Notes: a model not told the origin generated them from the letters alone. DNA of 64,000 nt from Gammaproteobacteria bacterium (GCA_965116495.1 OZ220696.1:736001-800000), one strand, 5' to 3'; counted from the first letter of the stretch, positions 17,497 through 28,373 are shown. Numbers and translations are program-made.

Positions 17497-18678
17497 ATGC
17501 CGGCGAGAAACAAATGGTTGTTGCCAGAAGGAATTGAAGAGGTGTTGCCGCCCCAGGCTGCGGAACTCGACAGCCTGTGCCGCCGGCTCATGGACCAGTT
17601 TTCCACCTGGGGCTACGAACTTGTTATCCCTCCCATGATCGAATATCTCGATACGTTATTCACAGGCACCGACGAAGACCTGGAACTGCAGACATTCAAA
17701 GTCACCGACCAGTTAAATGGAAAACTGATGGGGATCCGGGCCGATACCACTCCACAAGTAGCGCGTATCGAGGTCCATAACCTGAAGCGCGGCAGGCCAA
17801 GCCGGTTGTGCTATATCGGATCGGTGTTACACACATTGCCGGGCGGGCCCGGGGGCACACGTTCACCCTTGCAGGCAGGTGCGGAACTTTACGGGCACAC
17901 AGGCTGTGAGAGTGATGCGGAAATTCTCGCTTTGATGCTGAAGACCCTGCAACTGGCAGGTCTGCAGGATGTTCACGTCGATATCGGTCACGTGAGAATC
18001 CTGCAGGGTTTGATCGAAGCGTTGCAACTGACCCCAGACCGGGAAAACAGGGTTTTCGATTGCGTACAGAGAAAAGCGCCAGATGAGTTAAAAAAAGCTC
18101 TGGCGGAATGGTCCATTGCCACTGATCACAGTACGGCCTTGCTCAGGCTGATAGATATGGAAGGAGACGCAACCATACTGGACGAAATCAGGACCATCCT
18201 GAGGCCCTGTGGTGAGGAGTTATGCGGCTACGTGGACGAATTACAAAAAATTGCGGAACTGACAGGGCGTCAGGTAAAGGATGCGCCCTTGTATTTTGAC
18301 GTGACTGAATTCCAGGGTTATCACTATTACACAGGGGTAACTTTCGTTGCGTATATGCCGGGAGAGAGCCATGGGATAGCTTTCGGCGGGCGTTACGATG
18401 GAATAGGCCGGGCATTCGGCCGGCACCGCCCTGCCACCGGTTTCAGTACGGATGCGCACAAGTTGTATCAATTGACTCCCCATTCTTATAAACCGAAAAA
18501 AGGGATATACGCACCTTATTCCGAGATGCCGGAGCTGCATGAACTGGTGGAACAATTAAGAGAACAGGGTGAAATTGTTATCTGCATGCTGCCCGGACAA
18601 ACTGGCGGTCCACTGGAATTGGGTTGTGACCGGGAAATCACCCTGGAACACGGGCGCTGGCAGGTCAGGGAGATTTAG
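17497..18678 (+). CDS. hisZ: ATP phosphoribosyltransferase regulatory subunit
   Basis: WLLPEGIEEVLP, IRADTTPQVAR, GGRYD; upstream of purA. Confidence 0.93.
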   Translation: MPARNKWLLPEGIEEVLPPQAAELDSLCRRLMDQFSTWGYELVIPPMIEYLDTLFTGTDEDLELQTFKVTDQLNGKLMGIRADTTPQVARIEVHNLKRGRPSRLCYIGSVLHTLPGGPGGTRSPLQAGAELYGHTGCESDAEILALMLKTLQLAGLQDVHVDIGHVRILQGLIEALQLTPDRENRVFDCVQRKAPDELKKALAEWSIATDHSTALLRLIDMEGDATILDEIRTILRPCGEELCGYVDELQKIAELTGRQVKDAPLYFDVTEFQGYHYYTGVTFVAYMPGESHGIAFGGRYDGIGRAFGRHRPATGFSTDAHKLYQLTPHSYKPKKGIYAPYSEMPELHELVEQLREQGEIVICMLPGQTGGPLELGCDREITLEHGRWQVREI

Positions 18679-18703
18679 GTGAGAGCAGGTCTGCGACCCT
18701 GTT

Positions 18704-20077
<1,374 letters not shown>

Positions 20078-20134
20078 CGGTTGGCCGGAATAGCTCTTTG
20101 ATATATGATGGCCGCAGGAATTCGTAACCGGAAC

Positions 20135-20221
20135 TGGTGCCGAGGAAAGGACTTGAACCTTCACGGGGTTACCCCCACTAGCACCTGAAGCTAGCGCGTC
20201 TACCAATTCCGCCACCTCGGC
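20135..20221 (-). tRNA. tRNA-Leu(CAG)
   Basis: GCCGAGGTGGCGGAATTGGTAGACGCGCTAGCTTCAGGTGCTAGT...GGTTCAAGTCCTTTCCTCGGCACCA; long variable arm, encoded CCA. Confidence 0.97.
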
Positions 20222-20272
20222 ATGTGCTGATGTCTGCAAGCAGGTAAGATCAGCGTATTTTCAAGATGACGG

Positions 20273-20301
20273 ACTTTACCGTTACCGTTATGTACTGTCA
20301 A
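20273..20301 (-). promoter_or_regulatory. Sigma70 promoter of tRNA-Leu
   Basis: TTGACA-17bp-TAAAGT on minus strand, about 50 bp upstream of the tRNA. Confidence 0.7.
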
Positions 20302-20310
20302 TGAATATCT

Positions 20311-20553
20311 AGCCCGTATTTCTCACCAGGTCGCTAGTAACTATAGGATACATGTTTGCTGTCAATGAGTTATGGTAATCTATTGACAATGTTATCATTA
20401 CAGGCTGCGCTTGATGCGCCCTCGCTTGTCTTTTTGCCGCCAGCGGGCACGTGCTCCCTCAACCAGAGCTACGGCTATGCTTTCGGTCGCAGGCACCCGC
20501 TGGCGGCAAAAATCCTGCGCGATCTTCGCATCACCTGATGAGAAACACGGTCT
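20311..20553. mobile_element. 243-bp MITE (family A, copy 1)
   Basis: 19-bp TIRs AGCCCGTATTTCTCACCAG / CTGATGAGAAACACGGTCT (16/19 match), TA at both junctions, internal TTTTTGCCGCCAGCGGG...CCCGCTGGCGGCAAAAA hairpin; inverted homolog at 50797-51255. Confidence 0.85.
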
Positions 20554-22674
20554 ATGGCAAAGAAAAAGAGCAATGAACAATACCAGGTAAGTATTCCTGA
20601 ACGGAATGAAATTATCGAATTTCTGAAACGTTCAGGGGTGCCGCGCCAACTGTCCGAGATAGCAGTTTCACTAAACGCAAAAAGTTCTGCTGAACGAGCG
20701 GCGTTGAACAAACGCCTCAAGGCGATGTTACGGGACGGCCAGATCATCCGTAATCGCCGGGAGGGGTACGGCCTGCTGGAAAAGATGGACCTGGTGGCCG
20801 GACGTGTGATAGGCCATAAGGATGGTTACGGGTTCTTCAGGCCCGACCACGGCGGGGAAGACCTGTTTTTGTCCATGCAACAGATGCGTCGCGTCCTGCA
20901 TGGGGATCACGTGGTAGTGCGCTACGGCGGATATGACCGGCGCAACCGCAGGGAAGCGATAATTGTCGAAGTGCTGGAGCGGGTAAACCGATCGGTGGTT
21001 GGGCGTTTCTGCAAGGAGGGCAGCATCGCCTTTGTTGTCCCGGACAATAAACGAATTAACCAGGATATCCTGATTCCGCCGCAACAGTGCAAAAAGGCAA
21101 AAACAGGCGACTATGCGGTCGCAGAGATTACCCGGCAACCGGATACGCACACGCAACCCCTGGGCAAGATCACCGAGGTCCTGGGTTCTCCCGGTTCCAT
21201 TGACATGGCGACGGAAATTGCGATACGCGCCTACCAAATCCCCTACCAGTGGCCTGACGAGGTCCAGGACGAATTGGCCGGGTTGACCCGGGACCAGAAG
21301 GTTAAAGGCAGGCAGGACCTGCGCAAACTGCCGCTGGTAACAATAGATGGAGAAGACGCCAGGGATTTTGATGATGCGGTATATTGCGAAAAACAGGGGC
21401 GTGAGTGGCGCCTGGTAGTAGCTATAGCCGATGTCTCTCATTACGTCAGGCCGGGAACAGCCCTTGATCATGCTGCACAGGAGCGGGGCAACTCGGTCTA
21501 TTTCCCTGACCGGGTTGTGCCCATGCTGCCCGAATTGCTTTCCAACGACCTGTGCTCGCTGAAACCGGATACGGACCGGTTGGCCATGGTATGCGACATG
21601 CGCGTCAACCGGGCCGGCCGTATTAAACAATACCGCCTGTATCCGGCTGTTATAAATTCCCGGGCCAGGCTGACCTATAACCAGGTGAGCAAGATTCTCG
21701 CAGGCAATAAAGTACCGAGAAAATACAAACCCGTTATCCCTTTTATACGGAATATGCATGAATTGTTCAGCCTGATGCACGGGCACAGGGCGCGCCAGGG
21801 ACTGCTGGATTTTTCATCGACTGAAGTCAGGCTGAACTTTGACAAACAGGGCAACATTGCCGAAATCAATACGGTAGAACGTGATGACGCCCACAGGATT
21901 ATTGAAGAATTCATGCTGGCGGCCAACGTCTCGGTAGCAGAATTTCTGCTGACGAACGAGGTGCCATGCCTGTTTCGCAACCATGCCGTACCGAAGGAGG
22001 AGAAGGTCAATGACCTGAACCAGTTCCTGGCTGATTTCGGCCTGCAACTGGGTGGCGGCCTGGACCCCGGGGCAAAGCACTACGCCAGGGTCCTGGAATT
22101 GATCAAAAACAGGGAAGACCGGCACCTGATTGAGACCGTGCTGTTACGCAGCATGCCGCTGGCGACCTACGAGAGCCGTAATAACGGCCATTTCGGTCTG
22201 GCATTCGATCACTATACCCATTTCACCTCACCCATACGGCGTTATCCCGACCTGCTGGTACACCGCGCCATCCGCCATATTTCGCAAAACGAACCTTATG
22301 CATACAGCAAGAATGACATGCATCATTTAGGGGTCGACTGTTCCATGACCGAGCGCAAGGCTGAAGAGGCTGTCAGGGATGTCATCACCCGCATGAAGTG
22401 CGAGTTTATGCTGGATAAAACCGGCAGGGAGTATGAAGGAATTATTTCCGGTGTTACCGGGTTTGGCCTGTTCGTCGAACTGGACGACATTTACGTTGAG
22501 GGGTTACTGCATATTTCCGCTTTGCCGGCTGACTACTATCACTTTGACCCTATTGCCCATTCCGTATCCGGAGAAAAATCAGGACGGAAATTCTTTCTCG
22601 GGGACCGCATTAAGATAAAGGTGAACAGCGTCAACCTGGATGAGAGAAAAATCGATTTCGATTATGCCGGCTGA
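20554..22674 (+). CDS. rnr: Ribonuclease R
   Basis: TIDGEDARDFDDA, HFTSPIRRYPDL, CSD and S1 domains. Confidence 0.97.
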   Translation: MAKKKSNEQYQVSIPERNEIIEFLKRSGVPRQLSEIAVSLNAKSSAERAALNKRLKAMLRDGQIIRNRREGYGLLEKMDLVAGRVIGHKDGYGFFRPDHGGEDLFLSMQQMRRVLHGDHVVVRYGGYDRRNRREAIIVEVLERVNRSVVGRFCKEGSIAFVVPDNKRINQDILIPPQQCKKAKTGDYAVAEITRQPDTHTQPLGKITEVLGSPGSIDMATEIAIRAYQIPYQWPDEVQDELAGLTRDQKVKGRQDLRKLPLVTIDGEDARDFDDAVYCEKQGREWRLVVAIADVSHYVRPGTALDHAAQERGNSVYFPDRVVPMLPELLSNDLCSLKPDTDRLAMVCDMRVNRAGRIKQYRLYPAVINSRARLTYNQVSKILAGNKVPRKYKPVIPFIRNMHELFSLMHGHRARQGLLDFSSTEVRLNFDKQGNIAEINTVERDDAHRIIEEFMLAANVSVAEFLLTNEVPCLFRNHAVPKEEKVNDLNQFLADFGLQLGGGLDPGAKHYARVLELIKNREDRHLIETVLLRSMPLATYESRNNGHFGLAFDHYTHFTSPIRRYPDLLVHRAIRHISQNEPYAYSKNDMHHLGVDCSMTERKAEEAVRDVITRMKCEFMLDKTGREYEGIISGVTGFGLFVELDDIYVEGLLHISALPADYYHFDPIAHSVSGEKSGRKFFLGDRIKIKVNSVNLDERKIDFDYAG

Positions 22675-22713
22675 ACCCGGCATAAGGAATATTCTCCGCT
22701 ACCGGGTTAAATC

Positions 22714-23505
22714 ATGGGCATACAGGCAGGCAGAAACGTTGAAATCATCTATGGTTACCACGCGCTGCGCCATGTCCTGTCCCGGCGTTCCCACGATGTG
22801 CTGGAAGTATACATTGCCCTGAACAAGCGCGACTCCGCAAGGCTCGATGCCCTGCGCAACACCTGTGACGATGCGCAGATTTCCATCCAGTATATTTCAA
22901 GCCGGAAGCTGGATAAGCTGGTCGGGGAAAACAAACACCAGGGCATTGCGGCCAGATGCCGTCCGGACAGCACCCGGCAAATGATGACCATAACCGATCT
23001 ATGTTCCCGGCCAGTGCGTGAGTCTTCGATAATACTGGCGCTAGACAGGGTGATGGACCCACACAACCTGGGGGCGTGCATCAGGACGGCGGATGCTGCC
23101 GGTGTGGATGCGATTATTTTGCCGAAGGACCATTCCGTTCCGTTAAATGCGACCGTAAAAAAGGTAGCCAGTGGCGCAGCGGAGTCTGCAAACATCATTA
23201 TGGTCACGAACATTGCGCGTAGCCTCAGACAGTTGCAAAGCGCCGGTTACCGGATAACAGGCACGACCGATACTGCCGACAAAACCATATACGATGCAGA
23301 TATCCCGTTTCCCGTGGTACTGGTGATGGGTTCGGAGCAGGGCGGCATGCGCCGGAATACCCGCGAACATTGCGAGCAGTTGCTAAGAATACCGATGTAT
23401 GGTGCGGTCGAAAGCCTGAACCTGTCGGTTGCCGCGGGGATATGTCTTTATGAGATCAGGAGACGGAGCGCAGCAGGCAGAGAACAGCACCAACAGGAAC
23501 AGTAG
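22714..23505 (+). CDS. rlmB: 23S rRNA Gm2251 2'-O-methyltransferase
   Basis: HQGI, DPHNLGACIR, GSE, ESLNLSVA SPOUT motifs; follows rnr. Confidence 0.95.
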   Translation: MGIQAGRNVEIIYGYHALRHVLSRRSHDVLEVYIALNKRDSARLDALRNTCDDAQISIQYISSRKLDKLVGENKHQGIAARCRPDSTRQMMTITDLCSRPVRESSIILALDRVMDPHNLGACIRTADAAGVDAIILPKDHSVPLNATVKKVASGAAESANIIMVTNIARSLRQLQSAGYRITGTTDTADKTIYDADIPFPVVLVMGSEQGGMRRNTREHCEQLLRIPMYGAVESLNLSVAAGICLYEIRRRSAAGREQHQQEQ

Positions 23506-23609
23506 CGCGAACGGTCACAAGGAACATAAAAAAATGATTAGTTCATCTTGCCTGTGCCATTGCGTTATGAGACCATTTCACGGACTTGACTACTGACAGG
23601 GGGAAGATT

Positions 23610-23846
23610 ATGAGTGAACCTGATTGCCCGCAAAAGTATCCTTACGGGATTGAACTTGAGGCCGGAGTTTATTTCTGGTGCAAGTGCGGACGTTCTGCCA
23701 ATCAGCCTTTTTGCGACGGGACCCATGCCGGCAGTGAATTTGCGCCGGTGCGTTTTGAGGTGAGTGAAACAGATACATTTTGGCTATGTGGTTGCAAGCG
23801 CAGCGGCAACTCGCACTTATGTGACGGCAGCCATAAAAATCTCTGA
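23610..23846 (+). CDS. CDGSH iron-sulfur protein (two CDGSH motifs)
   Basis: WCKCGRS..PFCDGTH and LCGCKRS..LCDGSH. Confidence 0.9.
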   Translation: MSEPDCPQKYPYGIELEAGVYFWCKCGRSANQPFCDGTHAGSEFAPVRFEVSETDTFWLCGCKRSGNSHLCDGSHKNL

Positions 23847-23920
23847 TCAGGCAGGATGAGTACAGCCATTGATGACCAAACGGCCGCTTGCGCCTGAACC
23901 TGCCGACTACGTACTGGCTG

Positions 23921-25132
23921 TTATGAGTTGACCGTGGTGGCCTGTGCGCCGTAGGGCAGGTTTTGTATACCTCTGTTGGTATTGGAACAGAGTATCCGCC
24001 AGGCTGTGACTAAAATATCCGGCCCGAACAGCTGTTCCCTGTGCCAACCGTCTTCAACGGAGTAGAATTCATCCATCGCCTCGCGGGCGAACATGTCTTC
24101 ATTATTGAACTTGTCAGGGACAAAATCACGCCAGAGATATCTCATTTCATCGTAAAAGGCCTTTTGCTCCTGTTCGGTCGCGACGTTTGAACCCCAACTG
24201 ATCATGTACCTGTGGGTCCTTTCCGTTACCGGTACGTACCACTCGAAATGAACAATATGGGGAGCCGGGAAGGGGTCGACGCGCAATACACCTGGCATCC
24301 AGATGCCGACTTCAGGGATCATCCCCTTCATTACTCCGGGTTCATCGGGCAGGTATTGCGCCGAGATGGTTTTATCATCAACTACGTTCACCTGCCATAA
24401 CGGTGTGCCGGCGCCGCGGATCAACCTGACTCCGCAAGGCCCGCCGTTATCCCGGTTGCTGTTGATGACCTGCATGCCCCGGTTGTCACCCAGACCGGTG
24501 TCGCCCAGCACCGTGGGGACCTTGAAACCGCGTACCAGGGGAGAGTTCCGGTGCATATAGGCATGGGCAGGGTCAAACCCGTTTTCCGCTCCGAGACGCC
24601 AGTTGCAATTTACTTCCCTGGACCAGCCATCCGGGTACATGTGCAGGTCTTTATCCAGGAATCCCGGTGGGACATCGGTTTCCAGGTCCGCCGGCTCATT
24701 GTCGCCGATGAAAACAAACACCATGCCCTGCGCTTCACGGACCGGGTAGCTCCTGATTCGATGTCTGCCTATAAGTGAACTTTGCGGATCGGTGATGATG
24801 TTGATCAGGTCACCTGACTTCAGGTCATAGGTAAATCCGTGATACCAGCAGGTAAGCGTTTCCCTGGTATAACATTCCGGTTTTTTTGAAAAGGGAACGC
24901 CTTTATGGATACATTGATCATGTACGGCGTATACCTGTCCGTCAATGCGGCGGAATAAAATCCTTTCCCCCAGGATTATCCTGCACTTGAAATGCTCAAC
25001 AGGTTCGCCGAGGCCGGTACTGGTATCGGCTTCCACGAGTTCATGGCTGAAGAACGCCGGATACCAGTGGTTGCGAAAGCCCAGGCCGGCATCAAGATAG
25101 TCCTGCCAGGGTGGTGTCTTGTTCTCATCCAT
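23921..25132 (-). CDS. Rieske non-heme iron oxygenase, CarAa/OxoO (alpha3) type
   Basis: LGFRNHWYP, CIHKG...CWYH Rieske site, NWRLGAENGFDPAHAYMH, FNNED..ARE. Confidence 0.88.
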   Translation of the reverse strand: MDENKTPPWQDYLDAGLGFRNHWYPAFFSHELVEADTSTGLGEPVEHFKCRIILGERILFRRIDGQVYAVHDQCIHKGVPFSKKPECYTRETLTCWYHGFTYDLKSGDLINIITDPQSSLIGRHRIRSYPVREAQGMVFVFIGDNEPADLETDVPPGFLDKDLHMYPDGWSREVNCNWRLGAENGFDPAHAYMHRNSPLVRGFKVPTVLGDTGLGDNRGMQVINSNRDNGGPCGVRLIRGAGTPLWQVNVVDDKTISAQYLPDEPGVMKGMIPEVGIWMPGVLRVDPFPAPHIVHFEWYVPVTERTHRYMISWGSNVATEQEQKAFYDEMRYLWRDFVPDKFNNEDMFAREAMDEFYSVEDGWHREQLFGPDILVTAWRILCSNTNRGIQNLPYGAQATTVNS

Positions 25133-25184
25133 GGAGGTTATCTCAAAATTCCCCAGTGCGAGCCGTTCATATCGTTCATAGAGT

Positions 25185-25901
25185 TTATGCCAGGGCCAGC
25201 AACTCATTGGCGAATTGTTGCGGGGCAGAGGCCATGGGCATATGATCCGTGGCAAACGTGACAACCTTATCGCATGGCATGGCCTGTAGCATCCGGCGCT
25301 GATATTCAATGGGTATTGCCTTGTCTTCCAGGGCCTCGAAGTAAATGCGGGGCACACGACCGAAATTTTCAGCGCTCAATCGCAACGGCGCACCCAATGG
25401 TTTACGCGCCATGGGACGTTGCAACCTGGCGGCTTTCTCCACTGCCGCAGCCGCTGAGGTGTTGTAGATAATGTCGGCTAAATGTTCTTTTCTGAAGGTG
25501 ATCACCCCATCCCCGGACACGTCACAATGACTCATTACCGGTGACTGAATCGGCTGTCTCTCCCAGAAATGCCTGGGTGAACTACCGTTGGGCAGGAGAA
25601 ATGCCGCTACGTAAACCAGCACTTTGATTGCATCCGGCCGGTACTCCGCTGCCTGTGATATGGAAATGCCCGCCAGGCTGTGTCCCGCCAGCACCACCGG
25701 TTGCGTCTGCCGGTCCAGGACTTCAATCACCCGGTCGCGGTAGCTGTCCAGGGTGATTTCAGACAAGGGCGTTTGATCGTCTCCCTGGCTGGGCAAATCA
25801 GGTGTAATGACCTCATGCCCTGCCTGTTTTATGGCCTCTCTCACCGGATCCCAACTCCAGCCTCCGGCAAACGCCCCGTGAATTAAAACAAATGTAGTCA
25901 T
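25185..25901 (-). CDS. Alpha/beta hydrolase (SABP2/EstC-like esterase)
   Basis: FVLIHGA..GGWSW, GHSLAG, D(KAIP), TDHMPM triad; RBS AGGAGG. Confidence 0.88.
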   Translation of the reverse strand: MTTFVLIHGAFAGGWSWDPVREAIKQAGHEVITPDLPSQGDDQTPLSEITLDSYRDRVIEVLDRQTQPVVLAGHSLAGISISQAAEYRPDAIKVLVYVAAFLLPNGSSPRHFWERQPIQSPVMSHCDVSGDGVITFRKEHLADIIYNTSAAAAVEKAARLQRPMARKPLGAPLRLSAENFGRVPRIYFEALEDKAIPIEYQRRMLQAMPCDKVVTFATDHMPMASAPQQFANELLALA

Positions 25902-25991
25902 TAACGGCCTCCTGTGTTTACATATCAGCCGGTCAGGACAGCCATTATAATATTGATCCGACCGGAATGTCCCGGTGCAGTTATCAGCGGA

Positions 25992-26163
25992 CAGGGTCAT
26001 CTTAAAGTCATTACCCGCTTTCAAATCTCCCACCCGTCATTCCTGCACAAGCAGGAATCCAGTTAAACAATCATTCATTGTGTATAAAAAATTACGTTTC
26101 CATTGGATTCCGGATCACGCCCGGAATGACAGCGGGGCGTATACCGACTTTGAGATAGCCCTG
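25992..26163. mobile_element. 172-bp ISAs1-type MITE (family B, copy 1)
   Basis: TIRs CAGGGTCATCTTAAAGTC / GACTTTGAGATAGCCCTG; perfect 10-bp TSD TATCAGCGGA (25982-25991, 26164-26173); internal dRS3/RPE-like GTCATTCC...GGAATCC palindromes. Confidence 0.9.
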
Positions 26164-26179
26164 TATCAGCGGAACCCCG

Positions 26180-26869
26180 TCAACGCCGCAGGAATGCAAT
26201 CCAACGGTAGAAATTTAGCAGGCTGGACAGGGAGGCCGAGACGTAGGTCAAGGCAGCCGCTGTCAGGATGTGGCGCACCACGGGCTCTGCGCTTTGCGGC
26301 AGGTACCTGCCCTCTATCAACAGGGGCAGGGCGCGGTTGAAACTGGCGTCCCACTCGACCGGCAGTGTCACCAGGTGAAATATGACCGGCAGGACCAGGA
26401 TGAGGATACCGGAGGCAAACATCAATACGCCGATAAGGGGTGATTTAACCAGTAAAGTGACGAACGGGAAACTGACCAGGATGATCGATGCTGTTTTTTC
26501 GGTAAACGCGATATACTTGGCAAGTTTCCAACGCAGGTAAAGGGGCTTAAAACCGGTGTAATGCTGCAGGGCATGGCCGATTTCATGGGCGGCAATAACC
26601 ACGGAGGTCAGGGATTTACGCTCAAATACACCGGAAGACAGGCAGACTGTCTTATTTTCAGGGTTGTAGTGATCGCCGCCGCTTTCAAGCGCCTCGACGT
26701 TATAGCCCGTCAATTTCAAGTGGATGATTAAATGCCGGGCCAGATCCCCGCCGGTACCCGGTAATTCATCCAGCGGGGTGTCGTAGCGTTTGAATACATG
26801 TTTTGTCCAGAGCTGGGGGCCCAGGATCAATGCCAGCAACAGACAGAAACCTGCAATACCGAGTAACAT
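26180..26869 (-). CDS. Membrane zinc metallopeptidase (YugP-like)
   Basis: DHYNP, AAHEIGHALQH, TLPVEWDAS, AAALTYV. Confidence 0.92.
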   Translation of the reverse strand: MLLGIAGFCLLLALILGPQLWTKHVFKRYDTPLDELPGTGGDLARHLIIHLKLTGYNVEALESGGDHYNPENKTVCLSSGVFERKSLTSVVIAAHEIGHALQHYTGFKPLYLRWKLAKYIAFTEKTASIILVSFPFVTLLVKSPLIGVLMFASGILILVLPVIFHLVTLPVEWDASFNRALPLLIEGRYLPQSAEPVVRHILTAAALTYVSASLSSLLNFYRWIAFLRR

Positions 26870-26883
26870 AATGAACAGTTAGA

Positions 26884-27082
26884 AAGTACGAATTACGAAT
26901 TATAAATTACGAATTAGGAATTACGAATTAGGAATTACGAATTAGGAATTACGAATTTTAGATTAGGAATTATTAATTAGGAGTTGGAGTGCGCTGCTTT
27001 GGAGTTATCACAATACAAAGCCGCCGCAGGCAGGCGGCACATTCATTCCCAATTCGTAATTCCTAATTCCTAATTCTTAATT
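26884..27082. repeat. Bipartite heptamer tandem repeat with inverted arms
   Basis: About 14 units of AATTA(C/G)G at 26884-26988 and 5 reverse-complement units C(C/G)TAATT at 27048-27082, with a GC hairpin in the spacer. Confidence 0.9.
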
Positions 27083-27087
27083 AAAAA

Positions 27088-28182
27088 ATGACTCCCATAC
27101 AGCGCTATCAATCAGATATTGATCGGGACAGGATAATACCTGATCCAAACCAGTTGGCGGTGGTTAGGCGCGTGCAAAAATTGCACGATGAACTGGTGGC
27201 CGGGATGTCCGGCAACTCCATCAGGCGCTTCCTCGCCCGGTTTTGCCCGCGCCGTACGCAACCCGTCACGGGACTGTACCTGTGGGGGAGTGTCGGTAGA
27301 GGCAAGACTTACATCGCCGACATGTTATTTGACTGTCTGCCCTTTGAGAATAAACTGCGCGTGCATTTTCATCGTTATATGCAGTGGGTGCATGCGGAAT
27401 TAAAACAACTCCAGGACGTCGAAGCGCCACTGCGGCTGGTTGCGAATAAACTGGCCAGGGACACTGCCGTGATCTGTTTCGATGAGTTCCATGTATCCGA
27501 TATCACCGATGCAATGCTGTTAAGCGGGTTGTTCCACGAGTTGTTTGCCCGGGGTGTTACCCTGGTTGCAACTTCGAACGAACCTCCCGACAGGCTGTAT
27601 TGGGGGGGGCTGCAACGGGAAAGGTTTTTGCCGGCAATCGAACTGATCAAACGGCATACCAGTGTAGTAAGTCTTGATACCGGCGTCGATTACCGGTTGC
27701 GCTACCTGGACCAGGCCAGAATATACCACCATCCATTGAACGCGGGTAACCGGGAGAAACTGGAAGAAAGTTTCGGTAGGATTGCCCTGGAAATCGCTGA
27801 GTCGAATTCCACCATAGAAGTTGAAGGCCGGAAAATAAAAGCCATACGGCTGGCTTCCGGCGTGGTCTGGTTTGATTTCCACGAGATCTGCGACGGGCCC
27901 CGTGGCGCGGCCGATTACATAGTGATTGCCCGGCAGTTTCAAACGGTGTTTATTGAAGGCGTTGTGCAAATGGATGCTGCGGACGATGATCGAGCCAAAC
28001 GCTTTGTCACTATGGTAGATGAATTTTATGACCGTAACGTCAAGTTGATCATTACGGCGCAAGTGGCAGCCGGAGAATTGTATACCGGGAAACGCCTGGA
28101 GCCGGAGTTTGAGCGTACTGCCAGCAGACTCATCGAAATGCAATCCCATGACTATCTGGGAAGAGCCCACCTGCCGGGTTAA
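27088..28182 (+). CDS. zapE: Cell division ATPase ZapE (AFG1 family)
   Basis: GLYLWGSVGRGKT, ICFDEFHV, ATSN, FERTASRLIEMQS. Confidence 0.95.
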   Translation: MTPIQRYQSDIDRDRIIPDPNQLAVVRRVQKLHDELVAGMSGNSIRRFLARFCPRRTQPVTGLYLWGSVGRGKTYIADMLFDCLPFENKLRVHFHRYMQWVHAELKQLQDVEAPLRLVANKLARDTAVICFDEFHVSDITDAMLLSGLFHELFARGVTLVATSNEPPDRLYWGGLQRERFLPAIELIKRHTSVVSLDTGVDYRLRYLDQARIYHHPLNAGNREKLEESFGRIALEIAESNSTIEVEGRKIKAIRLASGVVWFDFHEICDGPRGAADYIVIARQFQTVFIEGVVQMDAADDDRAKRFVTMVDEFYDRNVKLIITAQVAAGELYTGKRLEPEFERTASRLIEMQSHDYLGRAHLPG

Positions 28183-28201
28183 GAACTGTCGGGGGACGGA
28201 C

Positions 28202-28373
28202 CAGGGCTATCTCAAAGTCGGTATACGCCCCGCTGTCATTCCGGGCTTGATCCGGAATCCAATGAAAACGTAATTTTTTATAAACAATGAATGATTGTTT
28301 GACGGGATTCCTGCTTGTGCAGGAATGACGGGTGGGAGATTTGAAAGCGGGTAATGACTTTAAGATGTCCCTG
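28202..28373. mobile_element. 172-bp ISAs1-type MITE (family B, copy 2, inverted)
   Basis: 166/172 identical to copy 1 by manual alignment; TSD GGGGACGGAC / GGGGACGGCC (9/10); inserted into a REP-like palindrome. Confidence 0.9.

Noticed and set aside
20135-20221. tRNA-Leu as an integration site
   Set aside because: No integrase or duplicated tRNA 3' end seen; flanks are the usual purA and rnr.
20356-20580. Short ORFs in MITE family A (also 50754-51161)
   Set aside because: Their mutual similarity is explained by the repeat; there are no protein motifs and stops occur in the frame shared with leuC.
26884-27082. CRISPR array
   Set aside because: Units are 7-bp tandem repeats with no unique spacers, and there are no cas genes.
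25992-28373. Composite transposon carrying the peptidase and zapE
   Set aside because: Each MITE copy has its own distinct 10-bp TSD, indicating independent insertions.
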